Assembly (NCBI RefSeq): GCF_009914755.1
Contig: NC_060938.1
Direction: 5' to 3' (one strand)
DNA: 64,000 nt
DNA from: the human T2T-CHM13v2.0 reference genome, Homo sapiens
In this document: piece after piece, positions 41,653-55,185 of the stretch
Layout: every line of letters begins with the position of its first letter
Numbering within the stretch: the stretch's first letter is position 1
Program-made: the position numbers and the translations under genes
Notes under the pieces: model-generated
What the model was told of the DNA's origin: nothing
Database searches by the model: none
The model's input: only the letters and a program-made list of their open reading frames with translations

Positions 41653-44277
41653 GAATAAATTCTCTGAGGGCAGAAACCACACCTTTGAGCCTTTCACAGA
41701 ACCAGGTAAACTATTTGTCACAAAGAACAGACTTGATAAAGACACTTTACGACTAATCTCAACCTTTTAGCAAAACTGTCACATGTGACGTGCTATCCGG
41801 CCTGTACACCACCACATTTCCTATGTTTGGAGGATGCTGAGCAGGAGAGAATGACACAAACACATTCATGAGAGAAGAAACTGAAACACAGAGCCCAGGG
41901 GCCACCCAGATCCCTGGTTTCAGCTGTCCCTGTGTGGCTTTATGGCTTCCACAACACAACAGGAGGGTCTAAATGAGTAAATTGAACATGGTACTGAAAG
42001 AAAAGAAACACTGCCATCCCAATATTCTTTTAAAACTTCACGAGAAAGCCATATTCGCCAGCTTAATCAAAGAGACTTTGTCAGTATCTAATGTCACAAC
42101 ACAGATCATCCCACGCAATATTGTCTGTCACTCCCTAATGCAGCTTGAAGAGAGATATTGACAAAGTATGGCATGATGGCATTATTAGATGGCATGCATG
42201 CCCCCCGGGGCATGACAAATGCCACACTCAGCTCAGAGAAGCTTCACTGCCAGAAGTCTTCTCACCAGTGATAGTAACATGACAAAGCTTTCATGTTAGG
42301 GCATCCTATCTCTCCTTCAACACCCTCCCCACTCCAAATTCTGATCTAGGGCATTGCTCGCTAACATAGAAACCAGAATTTTTCACTGAAGAGAAAAAAA
42401 AAAGCAATGATCCATTGTATTTGCGAAACCAGATCTATGTAAATCACTTAGCACAGTCCCTGGTACAAGGACGCTCAATACACATTCACTGTTGTTCAAT
42501 TATTACTGCTCTTAATGGAGCACTCAGAGTATCCATCTGGGAATCTAAGTTCTCCAGCTGGACAGTGCTTTGGGCTGGGTTTCTTCAGGAAAGGTGAGTG
42601 GGGATTTCCTGGTTTTGTTTCCAAGAAATAACCAGGACAGCTGTGGGCCATTTTGTACAAACTGTGCCCCTGTGCGCACAGGTGGAATTAGTTGCTCATG
42701 AGAGTCAATAGGCATGTAGGTAGCTCAGGAACTCAAGCAAGGCAGGTGCCAATCAAGATTCATTTCTGAAAAGATTAGATGTCCCTAACTCATCCGGTGC
42801 TATTCCAGGTGCTGGGAATACAAATGAACATTGGCTAGGCTCTGCCTCTGAGCAGTCATCTACTTGCAGCGGAGGAGAAGGCAGGAGAGCAAACACCCTT
42901 ATGTGCCATGTGGTGTGGACCCCTGATGGAGGGACTGGCAGGAGAGATTCCCAAATGGGGTGACGTTCAAATGGATCTACAAGAATTAATAATGCATCAG
43001 GCAGACAGAGAGAGAAACACTCTTAAAATCTGTTTCTTTATCTGTAATTTGAGAAATTAAAAACAAACAAACAAAAAACAGCTTTCTCACAGTACGCAGA
43101 ACCGTTTAATGGCCAAGCCTGTGGACTTTCAACAGGCCTGGGGCTGAGTCTTGCTCAACCACCAAGATCTTGGGAAAATAAAAATAAAAACCACAATAAT
43201 AATAGCAACAAGCATTTAAGCCAACTTTTCTTTGTCTGCAAAAAAGGGACAAGAATAGCAGAAACTACTTAAAAAAGAAAACACACGTAAAGCATTTGAC
43301 AGAATGCCAGGCACATGTAACATACTCCTTACATGGGAAACTGTTGTTGCTATCACAGGGAGCTTGTGAGGATCAAATGAGACCTGAGGTGTGAGACTAA
43401 TCTGTGAAACCAAATCTCTGGGGTTATTACTCCAGGCAGAGGGACTATCTCACGTAAAAGCAGGGAAGTTAAAGGAGTGATGATTGTTTCTTGAAGGGAG
43501 AGTCCTTGAGTGTGGTGGGAAGGAAAGGTGCACAATGAAAAGGGGGAGGTATTTGAATTGAATAATCAGACAATTGATTAGAGGCCATAGGTCTTGCCTC
43601 AGTTATTCAGTTATATGACCAAACATATGGAACAAGAAAATCACGAGAGAAAGAAATCACTGGGATCATAATTTTGAGTTGAGATTTTTTACATTTTTAA
43701 ATAATGAAACAGTCACATAATTATAAATAATATTAATACAAACATATATAATAAATATTTGTTAAAATTTTAAGTAACAATATTCATATATCCCCACTCC
43801 TAGATTTCACAGATGTCAACACTGCGGTATTTACTTGGGACCTTCAGGTATTTGTTGTTTTTGTTTTTAAGTAATAAAATGTTACAGACACTGCTAAAGC
43901 TTCACATTTACCCATTTGTGTGTATCACTCTCCTAGATGTTTGCATACTTTACTACATACATGGGTGATTCCATAAACAAAATACAACCTTTTTCTGAGT
44001 GTTCTTAGAATTTTACATAAATAATACTATTCTGTATCATTTTATACCTTGCATATACTTCAGTTAACATGTTTTCAAGATGGATCCATGTTGTTAGACA
44101 TAGATATTGTTAATTCATCTTAACTGCTCTATCCCCTTTGAGGTTTATACTGTGGCTCAGCAATTCTGCTTCTAGAAGTCTTCCTAGAGGAACCATCAGG
44201 TATGTACAGAAGGCAATATGCTCAAAGAAGCTCACTGCAGAACAGTTCACGATAGTGAAAAAAGTGTGGAGAATCTG

Positions 44278-44828
44278 TTCTGGTCATCTTATTGCCAAGT
44301 AATAAACCTCCCAACCTTAGTGGCTTAAATCAACAATAATTGCTTATTCTGCTCATGAATCTTCAATTTGGGCAGAGCTAGGCAGGAACAGCTCATCTCA
44401 GTTCCATACGGCATTGGCTGGAGTGTCTGAAAAGCTGGAGGCCAGAATTGCCTGGGGACACACTTGCTCCCATATCTGGGGATCAATGCTGGCTGTTGGC
44501 TAGGACCTAAGCTGGGACTGTGGCCAGAGCGCCTACTTCGTGGCTGCTGCATGTGGCTGCTTGGCTTCCTCACAGCATGGCGGCTGGGTTCCAGGAGCAA
44601 GTGTCCCAAGACAGCAAGGCAGATGCACATGGCATTTTTATGATCTCATCATCACTTCTGCCACAATCAACTGATCACAAAAGTTCACTGAAGTTCAAGG
44701 GGAGAGGATACAAAGAAGTCAGCCCAGACCCACCCAGGTTCAAGGGATGTCACAGTTACACTTTAAGAAGAGCATATGGAATGTGATGTATTGTGGTGGC
44801 CACTCTTGGAAAATACAATCTGCCACAC
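44278..44828 (-). mobile_element. MLT1H/G-like LTR
   Basis: CTTAGTGGCTTAAATCAAC..GCTCATGAATCT..CTTCCTCACAGCATGGCGGCTGGGTTCC..GGAAAATACAATCTGCCACA. Confidence 0.75.
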
Positions 44829-45279
44829 AACCTAACCGTTCACGCTATGGGACACATAAATACACAAAATTTTGGTGTCTTTGCTTTTGCTGTTTTAAAA
44901 GCTGTAAAAAGATGGGCATCTTTTCTCAAAACATAAGCATATTTCCATGCGGAATAAAAAGAATGAAGTGTTTAGGAGGTGATAACAGGGACTTTATACT
45001 GGTCTCTATATATCTTTGTATGATGAAATGTTATTACTTCTAGGCACAGAGAACATCTTCCTCCCTTAGAGTACTCTCAGGAACAGTCACAAAAGAGAGT
45101 TACTTTTTAAGTTCCTTTTTTCTTTCTCTTGAACAGTATGAAGAAAATCTCCTAGTTCTACAAATTGAGGACTATGATACAACGGTTGCAAAAATGGTGT
45201 CTCCTTGAGGGTGCATCTTTGTTCTCTCTGCACTCCAGAAAACCTGGAGAGAGGCTCTGGGTGTCTTGTCTTCATCAGC

Positions 45280-45500
45280 AGCATAGCGGCTAAAGGGGTC
45301 TCTGGAGCCTGGATGGTTGGGTGTGACTCCTGGCTTTGCCACTGGCTCTCTGTGCTTACTTAACTTCCCTGTGTTTCAATTTCCTTATATGGACAACGAG
45401 TCTAATGTTACCACATGCAATATTTTTGTAAACACTAAATTTGTTCATCTTGAATTCTGCTTAGACTTGATGAGTGCTTTAAAAGTCATCCGCTGTTATT
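45280..45500 (+). mobile_element. MIR SINE
   Basis: CTCTGGAGCC..TCCTGGCTTTGCCACT..TTACTTAACTTCCCTGTGTTTCAATTTCCT. Confidence 0.65.
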
Positions 45501-45896
45501 AGTAATTACAAGAGAGCTGATTCAGAAAGTTGGAAGTAACTTGCACCAGATTAAGTGGATTTAATCATGAACACTATCCCCATGGGCAATCCCAGAATCC
45601 TCCCAGCCCGCAGGATAATTAAAGTCAGGCTCTCGATGGAAACCTCTCCTGCCTGTCTTCCTCCGTGTGAGAGAGTTGAAATTGTCAAGATGGGAGGCTG
45701 CAGGAAGGGGACGTGCGTCACAGACAGGCGGCAGGAACCCTCCTGCGTTCCTATTTTACAGACAGGGATGCAGCCTGGAGCTCCTGCCTGGGCGTGGCGG
45801 CCACAGGGCGCAGTGGGAAGTCCCATGCTCTGGTTAGATGTGAGTTCTCTTCCCAAATCCCCAGCCTTCCCCGACTCCGCTCAATAAAAGCTCCTT

Positions 45897-46333
<437 letters not shown>

Positions 46334-47093
46334 TCAGTCTCTTCTGCCTCATTTTACTCCTCTCTAAATTGTCAAATGCTCATAAGGTTCTTTTCCGAGG
46401 GGGTCAGCGCAGTGCCTGACCCAGGGTGAGCCTCAGCGAGCAAGAGCCCACGATGGGGTTGGCGGAGAGGCGCGTCCTCGAGGTAACAGGGATGCTGAGA
46501 GGTGGCTGAATTCTTCCTTCTTTCAGCGCCCCTGACCTCCCGGCACGGCGCTGGGGAACTCACGGGTCTGGAGCGTGTCCGTGCTGGGCCCCCGGAGATG
46601 ATTTCTGGAATCGCGACCCGGGGACCTGAGGCCACTCTGGGACCTGCGAGGCAGTTGTTGCCCAAAGACAAGGCCTGGGTACAGGAGCTCGGGAAGCTCT
46701 CTGCTGCCCGTCTCCGTTATCCACGTTCGTCTGGGCACCCTCCTCGGGTGCTGCCCATTATTCCTCCCGCACCTGCCGGATCCAAGAGTAGACGCAGAAC
46801 CCGGACCTCGGAATGGGACGATGCGACGGGCGGGGAAGGCCTGGCCCGGCCGAGGTGCCCTCGGCCCCGCCCTCCACCGAGGGCAGGGAGGCACTGCCTC
46901 CGCTCCGTCCACTCGTAACTGGTGACGCTGGCAGCCCCGCCGGGGGGCGGGGGGAGTGCAAGAAAATCCTGAGGTGTGTCGGGGGACCTGGACCAGATGC
47001 CCTCCTGCACCGCCCTAGCTCCGGGGAAGTCGCTCTCCGGCTCCGCGGCGCGGGACCCGCCAGCGGGCAGAGGCGCGGCGCTTTGATGTCGCG

Positions 47094-47112
47094 CGGCCAC
47101 ACGGTGGCGCTG
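47094..47112 (+). promoter_or_regulatory. CTCF-type motif in the CpG island
   Basis: CGGCCACACGGTGGCGCTG, close to the CTCF core GGCCASYAGRKGGCRS. Confidence 0.55.
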
Positions 47113-47136
47113 CCGCACCGCCCGCTGGCGGAGACT

Positions 47137-47162
47137 GGGGGCCAGGGGTGCCCGGGGTGGGG
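47137..47162 (+). other. G-quadruplex-forming motif
   Basis: GGGGG-CCA-GGGG-TGCCC-GGGG-T-GGGG (four runs of at least 4 G, loops 1-5 nt). Confidence 0.7.
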
Positions 47163-47671
47163 TGGAGCCGGGACGCGCGCACTCCCCAGCCACGCCCGGG
47201 GCTCATCCTGGAACCCGGGCGCCCGCAGGGTCGCGAGGCCAAGTGTAGGTCATTCCCCTCCCCGCGGGACCCGTGCCTGGTGGACGCATCGCCGACGCGG
47301 ACCCTGAACGCTCACATGAGATCCTTAGGGAAACTGAGGCCGAAGAATTGGGAATCTGCATTTAGTCCACTCTCCTGTCCGTAAGAAGAAAGGGGCGCGA
47401 CTAAGGGGAAGGGAAGGAGCCACAGGGATTCATTCCCAGCCGGTCCCAGTAGCCGCCACAACACCCGGCAGGTCCGAGTTAATCCGTTCTGCAAGCTAGG
47501 AAATGAGGCTCGGTATTGGCGGAGGCCACACTGTTGAGAGGCGGTGTTCAACCCCAGGGCTGTGTGTCCCAGCTCTGCAAACTCGGTCACAGCCTCTATC
47601 TCCATGGCATTCACAGTCCTTACCGGTTTTTGACAGTGACCTACAGTGAGATGTCTGTTTACGTCCCTGTC

Positions 47672-47675
47672 CGCG

Positions 47676-47720
<45 letters not shown>
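47672..47720. repeat. (CG)6(CA)18 alternating purine-pyrimidine tract (Z-DNA former)
   Basis: Seen directly. Confidence 0.95.
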
Positions 47721-47723
<3 letters not shown>

Positions 47724-47959
47724 TATAGAACTGAAAACGACACTTAACCTTAATTAGTGTGATGCACTCTGTTTTCTTTTTTGATTCTGTACTGTGTCTT
47801 TTCTACCTTTCAGTGCTGGGTGCTAAAATAATCTCACTACTCACTAGTGGGTCCCTAGTCAGTTTGACAAACAACTTCATAGGTGCTGGCTGGGCTCTTC
47901 TAGCCATGGAAGTCAACGGAAAGTTGTCCATGTAAGAGGACACAGTCAAGACCAGATAA

Positions 47960-48095
47960 AGATGGGGAAGACGGTGATTCCCCACGGATAGCCTGGGCAT
48001 GTGCTGAAGAGCAGATTCTGACTCAGTGGGCCTGACGCTGGCATTTCTAACAAGCTCCTGGTGATTCCGACCACTCCATGCTGAGAGTGACCAAG
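47960..48095. mobile_element. MER5A-like hAT MITE fragment
   Basis: GCAGATTCTGACTCAGTGGG..GCATTTCTAACAAGCTCCTGGTGATTC. Confidence 0.65.
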
Positions 48096-48540
48096 TCCCC
48101 ATCACGTGTGTTATCATGAAAGCAATTCTGAGACCAAATTCTGTCATACATACAATAGCTATTAATAAGCAGACACAAAAACTAGATTCAGCCTGTTCTT
48201 GTAGTTCTGAGGCAGAGTGCTCCAAATCTACTCCTCCCTTCCACCACCACCACCACCACCACCCTAACCCCTGCTCTTTCATGTCATGGTGATAGAATCT
48301 AAGGCGGATGCTGTTGAGCCACCTTCTTCCTCCCAGGGTGGATCTCTAGTGAAGTTTGAGTCAATGGGATGTGAACAGAAGGGATATATGCAAATCCCAG
48401 GTGATCTTCTGGGAGATAGCCTAGCTTAGTCGACTTAAAAGACAACTTAAAACTTGTACTTCAACTTAAAATGTAAGCTCCTGAGTTTCGTGAGTGCTCC
48501 TGAGTTTCCTTCTTTTCCCTTCCAGCAAGTAGGAAAATGC

Positions 48541-48632
48541 TCACAGTTCAGCTCTGACCCTGCAGACAAGGGCAACAACCCTGCAGACAAGAGGTCACAA
48601 TTCAGCTCTGACCCTGCAGACTAGGGCAACAA
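48541..48632 (+). repeat. Complex tandem micro-duplication (38-bp unit x2 with a partial copy between)
   Basis: 48541-48578 vs 48595-48632, 2 mismatches; ACCCTGCAGAC occurs three times. Confidence 0.9.
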
Positions 48633-51156
48633 GCTGGAAGGAACCTGGATCCCTGAATCATTGCATGGAGCAGAGCTGCTCCATCAACCAGGATCTCTCA
48701 CCTAGAGATGCTTATTTAAGAGAGAAACAAACCATCTTCTTTAAACTTCTGTATTATACAGTACTTGGTTGGGGAACTTGTGCTTTTGTTACAGCGCATA
48801 TTCTCATTTAGGTTCATCTGAAGCAAATGCAACAATATTCTGATAGCAGAATCAACTAACGGGTATCTGATCAGGTAACAGAATCCTCTGTTGAGTGTGT
48901 TGTGGGGAGGACCCTGGGGGAAGAGGAGAGAATAGGACCACAGTTGTAAACCTAGGGCACTAGATTCCCATGCTACTTTCTTGCAAGCATGGAGATATCT
49001 CTGTGTGTATCTTTCTAGCCACTACCCATTAGCACCACCCATTTCACCATCAACAACAACAAAAAAATCTTTTTCGTAGTTCTTAATGAACAAACCCTCT
49101 GGGGAAGACTTGGAAAGCAATTTTTGAAGCCTGGGTCTTCCTATGTTTACTAATTGCTCCACCTTGCTGCCCTGTGTATCACTTAAAGTTAACTTACATA
49201 CATATATACCACCTATATCTATACTGTTTAAAAGTAAATGTAGACAATATTTTACCTTGTATTTTCCCAGAGTATTATTATAGCCTAAGTGGCTATTGAC
49301 CTCCAAGCTCATTATTTCCTTTATTACTTTAAAGGAATTTGGCTTGAGCCCCATTGAACATGGGATAGAAACCCTGCTCCATCTCCAAAAGTCCTCAGTG
49401 GTGGGACCTTCCTTGATTCTTATCACCCCAGACCCCCATTTCTTACTTCTCCTGACTTCTCTGGCTCCACTTTGCATCTCATGCTTCATGATTGTTCCCT
49501 CTTTCTGACCCATATCAACACAGAAGGGAAGGTACATCTGGTGAGGATTGGTGGGCAGTGGACTGGGAGTGGGGTTACACTGCAGTGCAGTGCCGCTGAT
49601 CATTTTTAAATTTCACAGTGGACGTCCGTATCTTCAGAGCCCTTCAGCCTTCCTCACTTCAGGCTATTTATTAGTTATGTGCCTGCACCTTAGCTGGCCT
49701 CTGTCTCTTTAGGCTCGTGTGTCTTGTGGTTCTCTCCCTTCACCATCCCACCTGCTCTCTGCTCCCTGGCCCCTCATCCAGACAAAAAGTCACGTGCACA
49801 AAATTGAATTGCAAACCAATTTGTAAAAAAAATTCTGTCATCCACTGCCCTGCTCCCTCATTCTGTGCTTTGTTCCAGAGCCCGTCTTTTTCATAGCACC
49901 TGTGCTGTCAGAGAGTTCTGCTTAACACCAACAAACACCCAAACACACAAATACACACAAAAAGTCTCTTCCTGCCTGGCCAGATCACACCTAACTTCTT
50001 TCCCCTCCCCAACTACATGCAAGGCTGATTCAGGGATCCCTTTACTTAAATCTCTGCAACAGCTCTTCACTGGCTTCTGTGCATCACCATTGCCACGGTG
50101 ACCGCCAGGCCATTGGTGACCTGGCCATGCTCCCTCCCTTCCAGCCTCATATCTGACTGTGTACCCACACACCTCCTGTGCCACTCATCCCAGCCACGTC
50201 ACACTCTCCAAACGGGCCCAGCTCAGCTTTCTCAGCTTCATTCCTTTGCACATTTACTCTCCTTGCTGTGTTCACCTGGAGTGTCTCTCCCTGAACTCTG
50301 CCCAGCAGCTGTTGTCTCAACCACTGCTGGGAAGCCCTCCTTGACTTCTCAGGCTGGGTGAAGGACTCCTCTAACCCCTCTGCCTGTCTATCCTGGCACA
50401 TAAAACTGATTTCAGGAATTTTAGCTTTCCTTGTCTCTCCCCTCCAACAGATGGAACGCTTTAGGGGCAGGACTACATGCCCTGCTGTTATTTATCCTAT
50501 AGATGAGCGCATAGGAGGCAGGCCTTCAGTGCATGCTTATTAACTGAATGTGAGAGTGTATAAGACCTGTCGCTGACTGAATGTACAATACCTGTCGAGG
50601 TAAAAATCAGACTGGAGGACAGTCTGGAAGGGGTGAAGCAAAGGAAGGGGGGTGCCTGGGAGGCAACTTTAGGGCTGCCAGGGGAGAGGGAAGTCTGGGC
50701 AGCAGGTTCATAATCAATCAAGACACTCATTGGCTCCAAGCCTTTAGTTTTCTTCCCACCAGTGGGCCAGACCGCTGTCCTCTTCTTGCTCTCTCTCTGG
50801 GACAGGTCTCTGCATCTCCTTCCCATTTTGCCTCCCAGTGGCTCTGCCTGCCTTCCCTGGGATGGGCAGAACAGCAGCAGGAGCACTGAGGTAGGTTTGT
50901 CCTAAGCCTCCATTTCTGGGAAGGGGCCACTAACATCTCTGATGACCATGGAGGGGGGTCCTCTTAGCAGAGGGGAAAGGCATTCCTTGATTCTGAATGT
51001 CTGTTGAGAGACATTACTTTCCCGACCCTCTTCCAAACACACCCACCCCAAGAAGAGTATGTGCTTTCTGGACGGAGGGGCTATATCAGCGAGGATGGGC
51101 TCAGTCACATCTCAGGAATGAGATACTGTAAAGCAACAATGATGTGTTGTTCCTGA

Positions 51157-51843
<687 letters not shown>

Positions 51844-52719
51844 TGACAGTTAAATGCTGTGTCCCGGAAGGACTCACTTCACTTCTACTCTATCATTGGT
51901 CAGAACCAGTCACATGCCCCACCCATCACGTGCGGACCAGGAAGTGCAACCCTACCACAAGGTGGGGGACTAGAAATCCTCGGGACACAGCACTGATGAC
52001 TACCGTAGGGGGTGAGGAAAGGAAAGTCTAAAAGACAAAAAGGGGAAATGGAGGCTTTTAGACATTAGGAGAATCTGGTCGCCCTTGAGGCACAATGGCT
52101 TGGACTTTTGGCTGGCCTTAGAGCAACGCAAATGCTGGCCTGCGTCAGGCTTAGAGTATGGAGGAGGGTGGATGCTCACTGGGCCCCCAGAGTGCATTTC
52201 CCCATCCCCAGTGACTTGCTTCTGGCCCTGCCCAAACCCAAGCCAGACTTTCAGGACCTCATTGTTTCCTAGAATGTATCTCTAGTAAATACAACTGGCA
52301 TTGACCTCCCTTCCATTTCAGCATATTTAACATGATGTTCTCCGATCATTTTGTGTTGATACAGCCTCTTCTTCCTGATGGCAAGTCCTTAAGTTCAGAG
52401 TCAATCTCAAGGCTTTCTCTGTATTCCCCAACGCATGGGGCTGGGCATTCACCCAACATGTACTGGGTCCTTATGCACTCCACCCTGGGAAGATAAAAAC
52501 CAACACACACAAAAATTAACGCAAAAGGAAGGTTTAAGGATGGGAAAGATGTGATGCCTACTTCAGCCTATCAAGGTGCCCAATAAATGCTTAAATTGAG
52601 TCAAATCATCCTTGGATACACAAAACCACATTGTCAATTTCCTGTATGACAATGTCATCATCTCTGTTTGAGTGAAGGCTTCACAGAGGTGAATCTGTCC
52701 ATTATCCTGTATCTCTGCA

Positions 52720-52930
52720 CTGGCCAATAGAGAGGCTTCTAGTTACATCTCTGTTGAGCGTTTGAAATGTGGCAAGACCAAGGAACTGAATTTTTAACTG
52801 AATTGCACTTACTGCTGTAAGTGCAAAGTAGATATCAGATGTCAAAGACTCATGAGAAAAAAAGAATGTAAAGTATCCGATTAGTATTTTTCTCTTGAGT
52901 ATATTTTTAAGTGATGTTATATTTCTACTG
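52720..52930. mobile_element. MER3/MER33-like hAT-Charlie fragment
   Basis: CCAATAG..CTAGTTACAT..TTGAAATGTGGC..GGAACTGAATTTTTAA..AAAAGAATGTAAA. Confidence 0.55.
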
Positions 52931-53214
52931 AGCAGTTCAGCTCTAGAAAGCCCAGGGCAGGATTTGGGTAAGATCAGCTGCTTTCAGATTTTCATTTACA
53001 AAGCTTCGAATTATAACATTTGATCAAACCCGACTTTGGAAAAGTTATCATAAAGATGGCATTTGAAGTTTGGGGCATTTAATTTTTGGTTCTCTTTATT
53101 CTCCTTTCTGCTTTTCTCCCAAAGCTATGACTACAAAGAAAACTAAAAGCATCTCATTTATTCCACAAACTGATCTCCATGTCTTAACTAAATAGCAATT
53201 GCTGGGCTGTATTT

Positions 53215-53217
<3 letters not shown>

Positions 53218-53261
<44 letters not shown>
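53218..53261. repeat. (AC)22 microsatellite
   Basis: Seen directly. Confidence 0.97.
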
Positions 53262-53264
<3 letters not shown>

Positions 53265-54769
53265 CCTACAGGGACCAACATTTTCCCATGTGTAAAGTGA
53301 CATGCCTGATTGCTAGATTAAGCAACGGAAATTAATTATTACAGTAATTACTCGGCCACTAAATATTTGAATGCTAGACTTGACATAGCCGTCTCGGGAG
53401 CCACCTTCAGCTTCCTGAATGTGTTAGTATTGACAAGGCAGCTCATGCGAATGTATTTTTAAAACGCCTTCTTTTGCTGCGTCTTGCCACTGTGAGCCAG
53501 GTGTGTTTGTTTTGGTCAGTGGGTAGGACTGTACACCCTACGTCACAGGAAAATAGACGGCTGGCTTCTGGCACCCATCTCTCCAGGCCTGAAATCAAAT
53601 GCCTGAAAATTGGAATCTGTCGTCTTCAGGGAGGCCACACAGTAGGGTGTTGACACATGTAGTGTGCAAACACTTGCTGGGCAATTTCAGAAACCAAAAA
53701 GTGACTGCTAGAATGGGCTCATATCCAAGCCACCCTCCCTGAGGGAAGGAATCTGTATCATCTGGAAATTCTAAAGCTAAGGAAGCCACACCAAGGTGTT
53801 TATGGGCAGTCCCATCCATTCCTTCTAAGCCATTGCTTTTTGTTTTCTCTTTTCATCATATCCTGGGTACACAGGCTTCCCCAGGGGACATTGCGTGCCT
53901 TCTTCTCTAAGGCAAGGTGGGGAAGAGATTTATTTTAGTCACGTATCCAGGTCAAGACCAAAGATTTTCAAAAAGCAGCTCTACACATTGGGCCTTGTCT
54001 AGCAAGAAAACAAGAAGTCCTTACCGCTTGTCACTCACCTCTGCATTTCTTTCTGTTCTGGGACTCTACCTTCATTCAGGAGCTATGTGATGGTGAACGT
54101 AGCTGAAGCTGGCTCAGATGGTTCAAGGAGCGGATTTACAGGATAAAAAACATTTCTGCCACTTTTTGCATCTTGGGGTAGGGTTTGAGTTTGATGGCAC
54201 GGGGGCATCTTCACAACTTTTTGCACTTTTTTTCCATAAGTCCCCAGTTCCACCACCATTTTAGGACATCTGGGGTTGTCAGGTAATTCTCTCTGACACA
54301 TTCCCATTGTTCCTGCTTTAAAACTGTCAGGTCAACTCAGAAAACTATCAAGCCACATGTCGGAGAGTATTAAAGGCAGTGGCTTCACTAAAAGCCAAAA
54401 GAGAAGCTCCAATGTACCCAGACGTCTGGCCTAACTCGAGTTTTCATTCTGTAGCTCAAGGCCAGAACTACTTTGACCTTCTCCAAAACAATGCATCTTC
54501 CAAGCAAAGACACAAGCCTAAATATTATAAATTTATCCCAAACAACTCCCATTCCTCTTGAAAAGCATCACTGTCTATTAATAAAGAGAAATTAATAATT
54601 ATAACAATAACATTTGATATTTTATTTTCAGTATATTATTAAGCATTTTAGAATATTATTTTATTCCATCCTTATGTATTAATTCAAATATATTTATATG
54701 GTCTTGACCAGTCCCTCCCTCGTGGAGCTCTCATTCCATCCTATAACAATGGAAATCTTCAAGGCAGAT

Positions 54770-55185
54770 GTGCCCAAGCCACATCCCCTCCACCTTCCTC
54801 TGACCTCAGCTGTTGCCAGGATGGACACCTCCCCATCTCCAGTGCCCTTGAATTTCAGGACGGAGGAAGGGGCTTCATCCCCAAAGTAGGTGCAGCCTGG
54901 AGGAGCAAGGAGTTTGCATCAAAGGATGGGGATGGGCAGTGGGAGAGAATGTCAAGCCTTTCACCCTTCAGATGGACAATTCCCAGGCACGTTCCTCGCA
55001 ATTTCTCCAAGGCCCCCCGACAGGACAGGCTCACTTGGCTGGCAGGGCTTCATAGCCCCTGCTCTGTGGGCCTCTCCTCCTTGTCTGTTTCACTCTCACC
55101 ACCGCTTCCCTCCTGCTCCCTGGATCACCTCCCGAATAAACTGCCTGCACTCACATCCTTCTCAGGCTTTTCTCTAGAGGGACTC
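54770..55185 (+). mobile_element. LTR16-like ERVL LTR
   Basis: CTGCTCCCTGGATCACCTCCCGAATAAACTGCCTGCAC 3' motif. Confidence 0.65.

Noticed and set aside
46372-47743. Many overlapping ORFs on both strands in the CpG island
   Set aside because: R/P/G/A-rich low-complexity translations expected from stop-codon scarcity in GC-rich DNA
49022-49603. 193-aa minus-strand ORF
   Set aside because: No recognisable homology or exon context; consistent with chance
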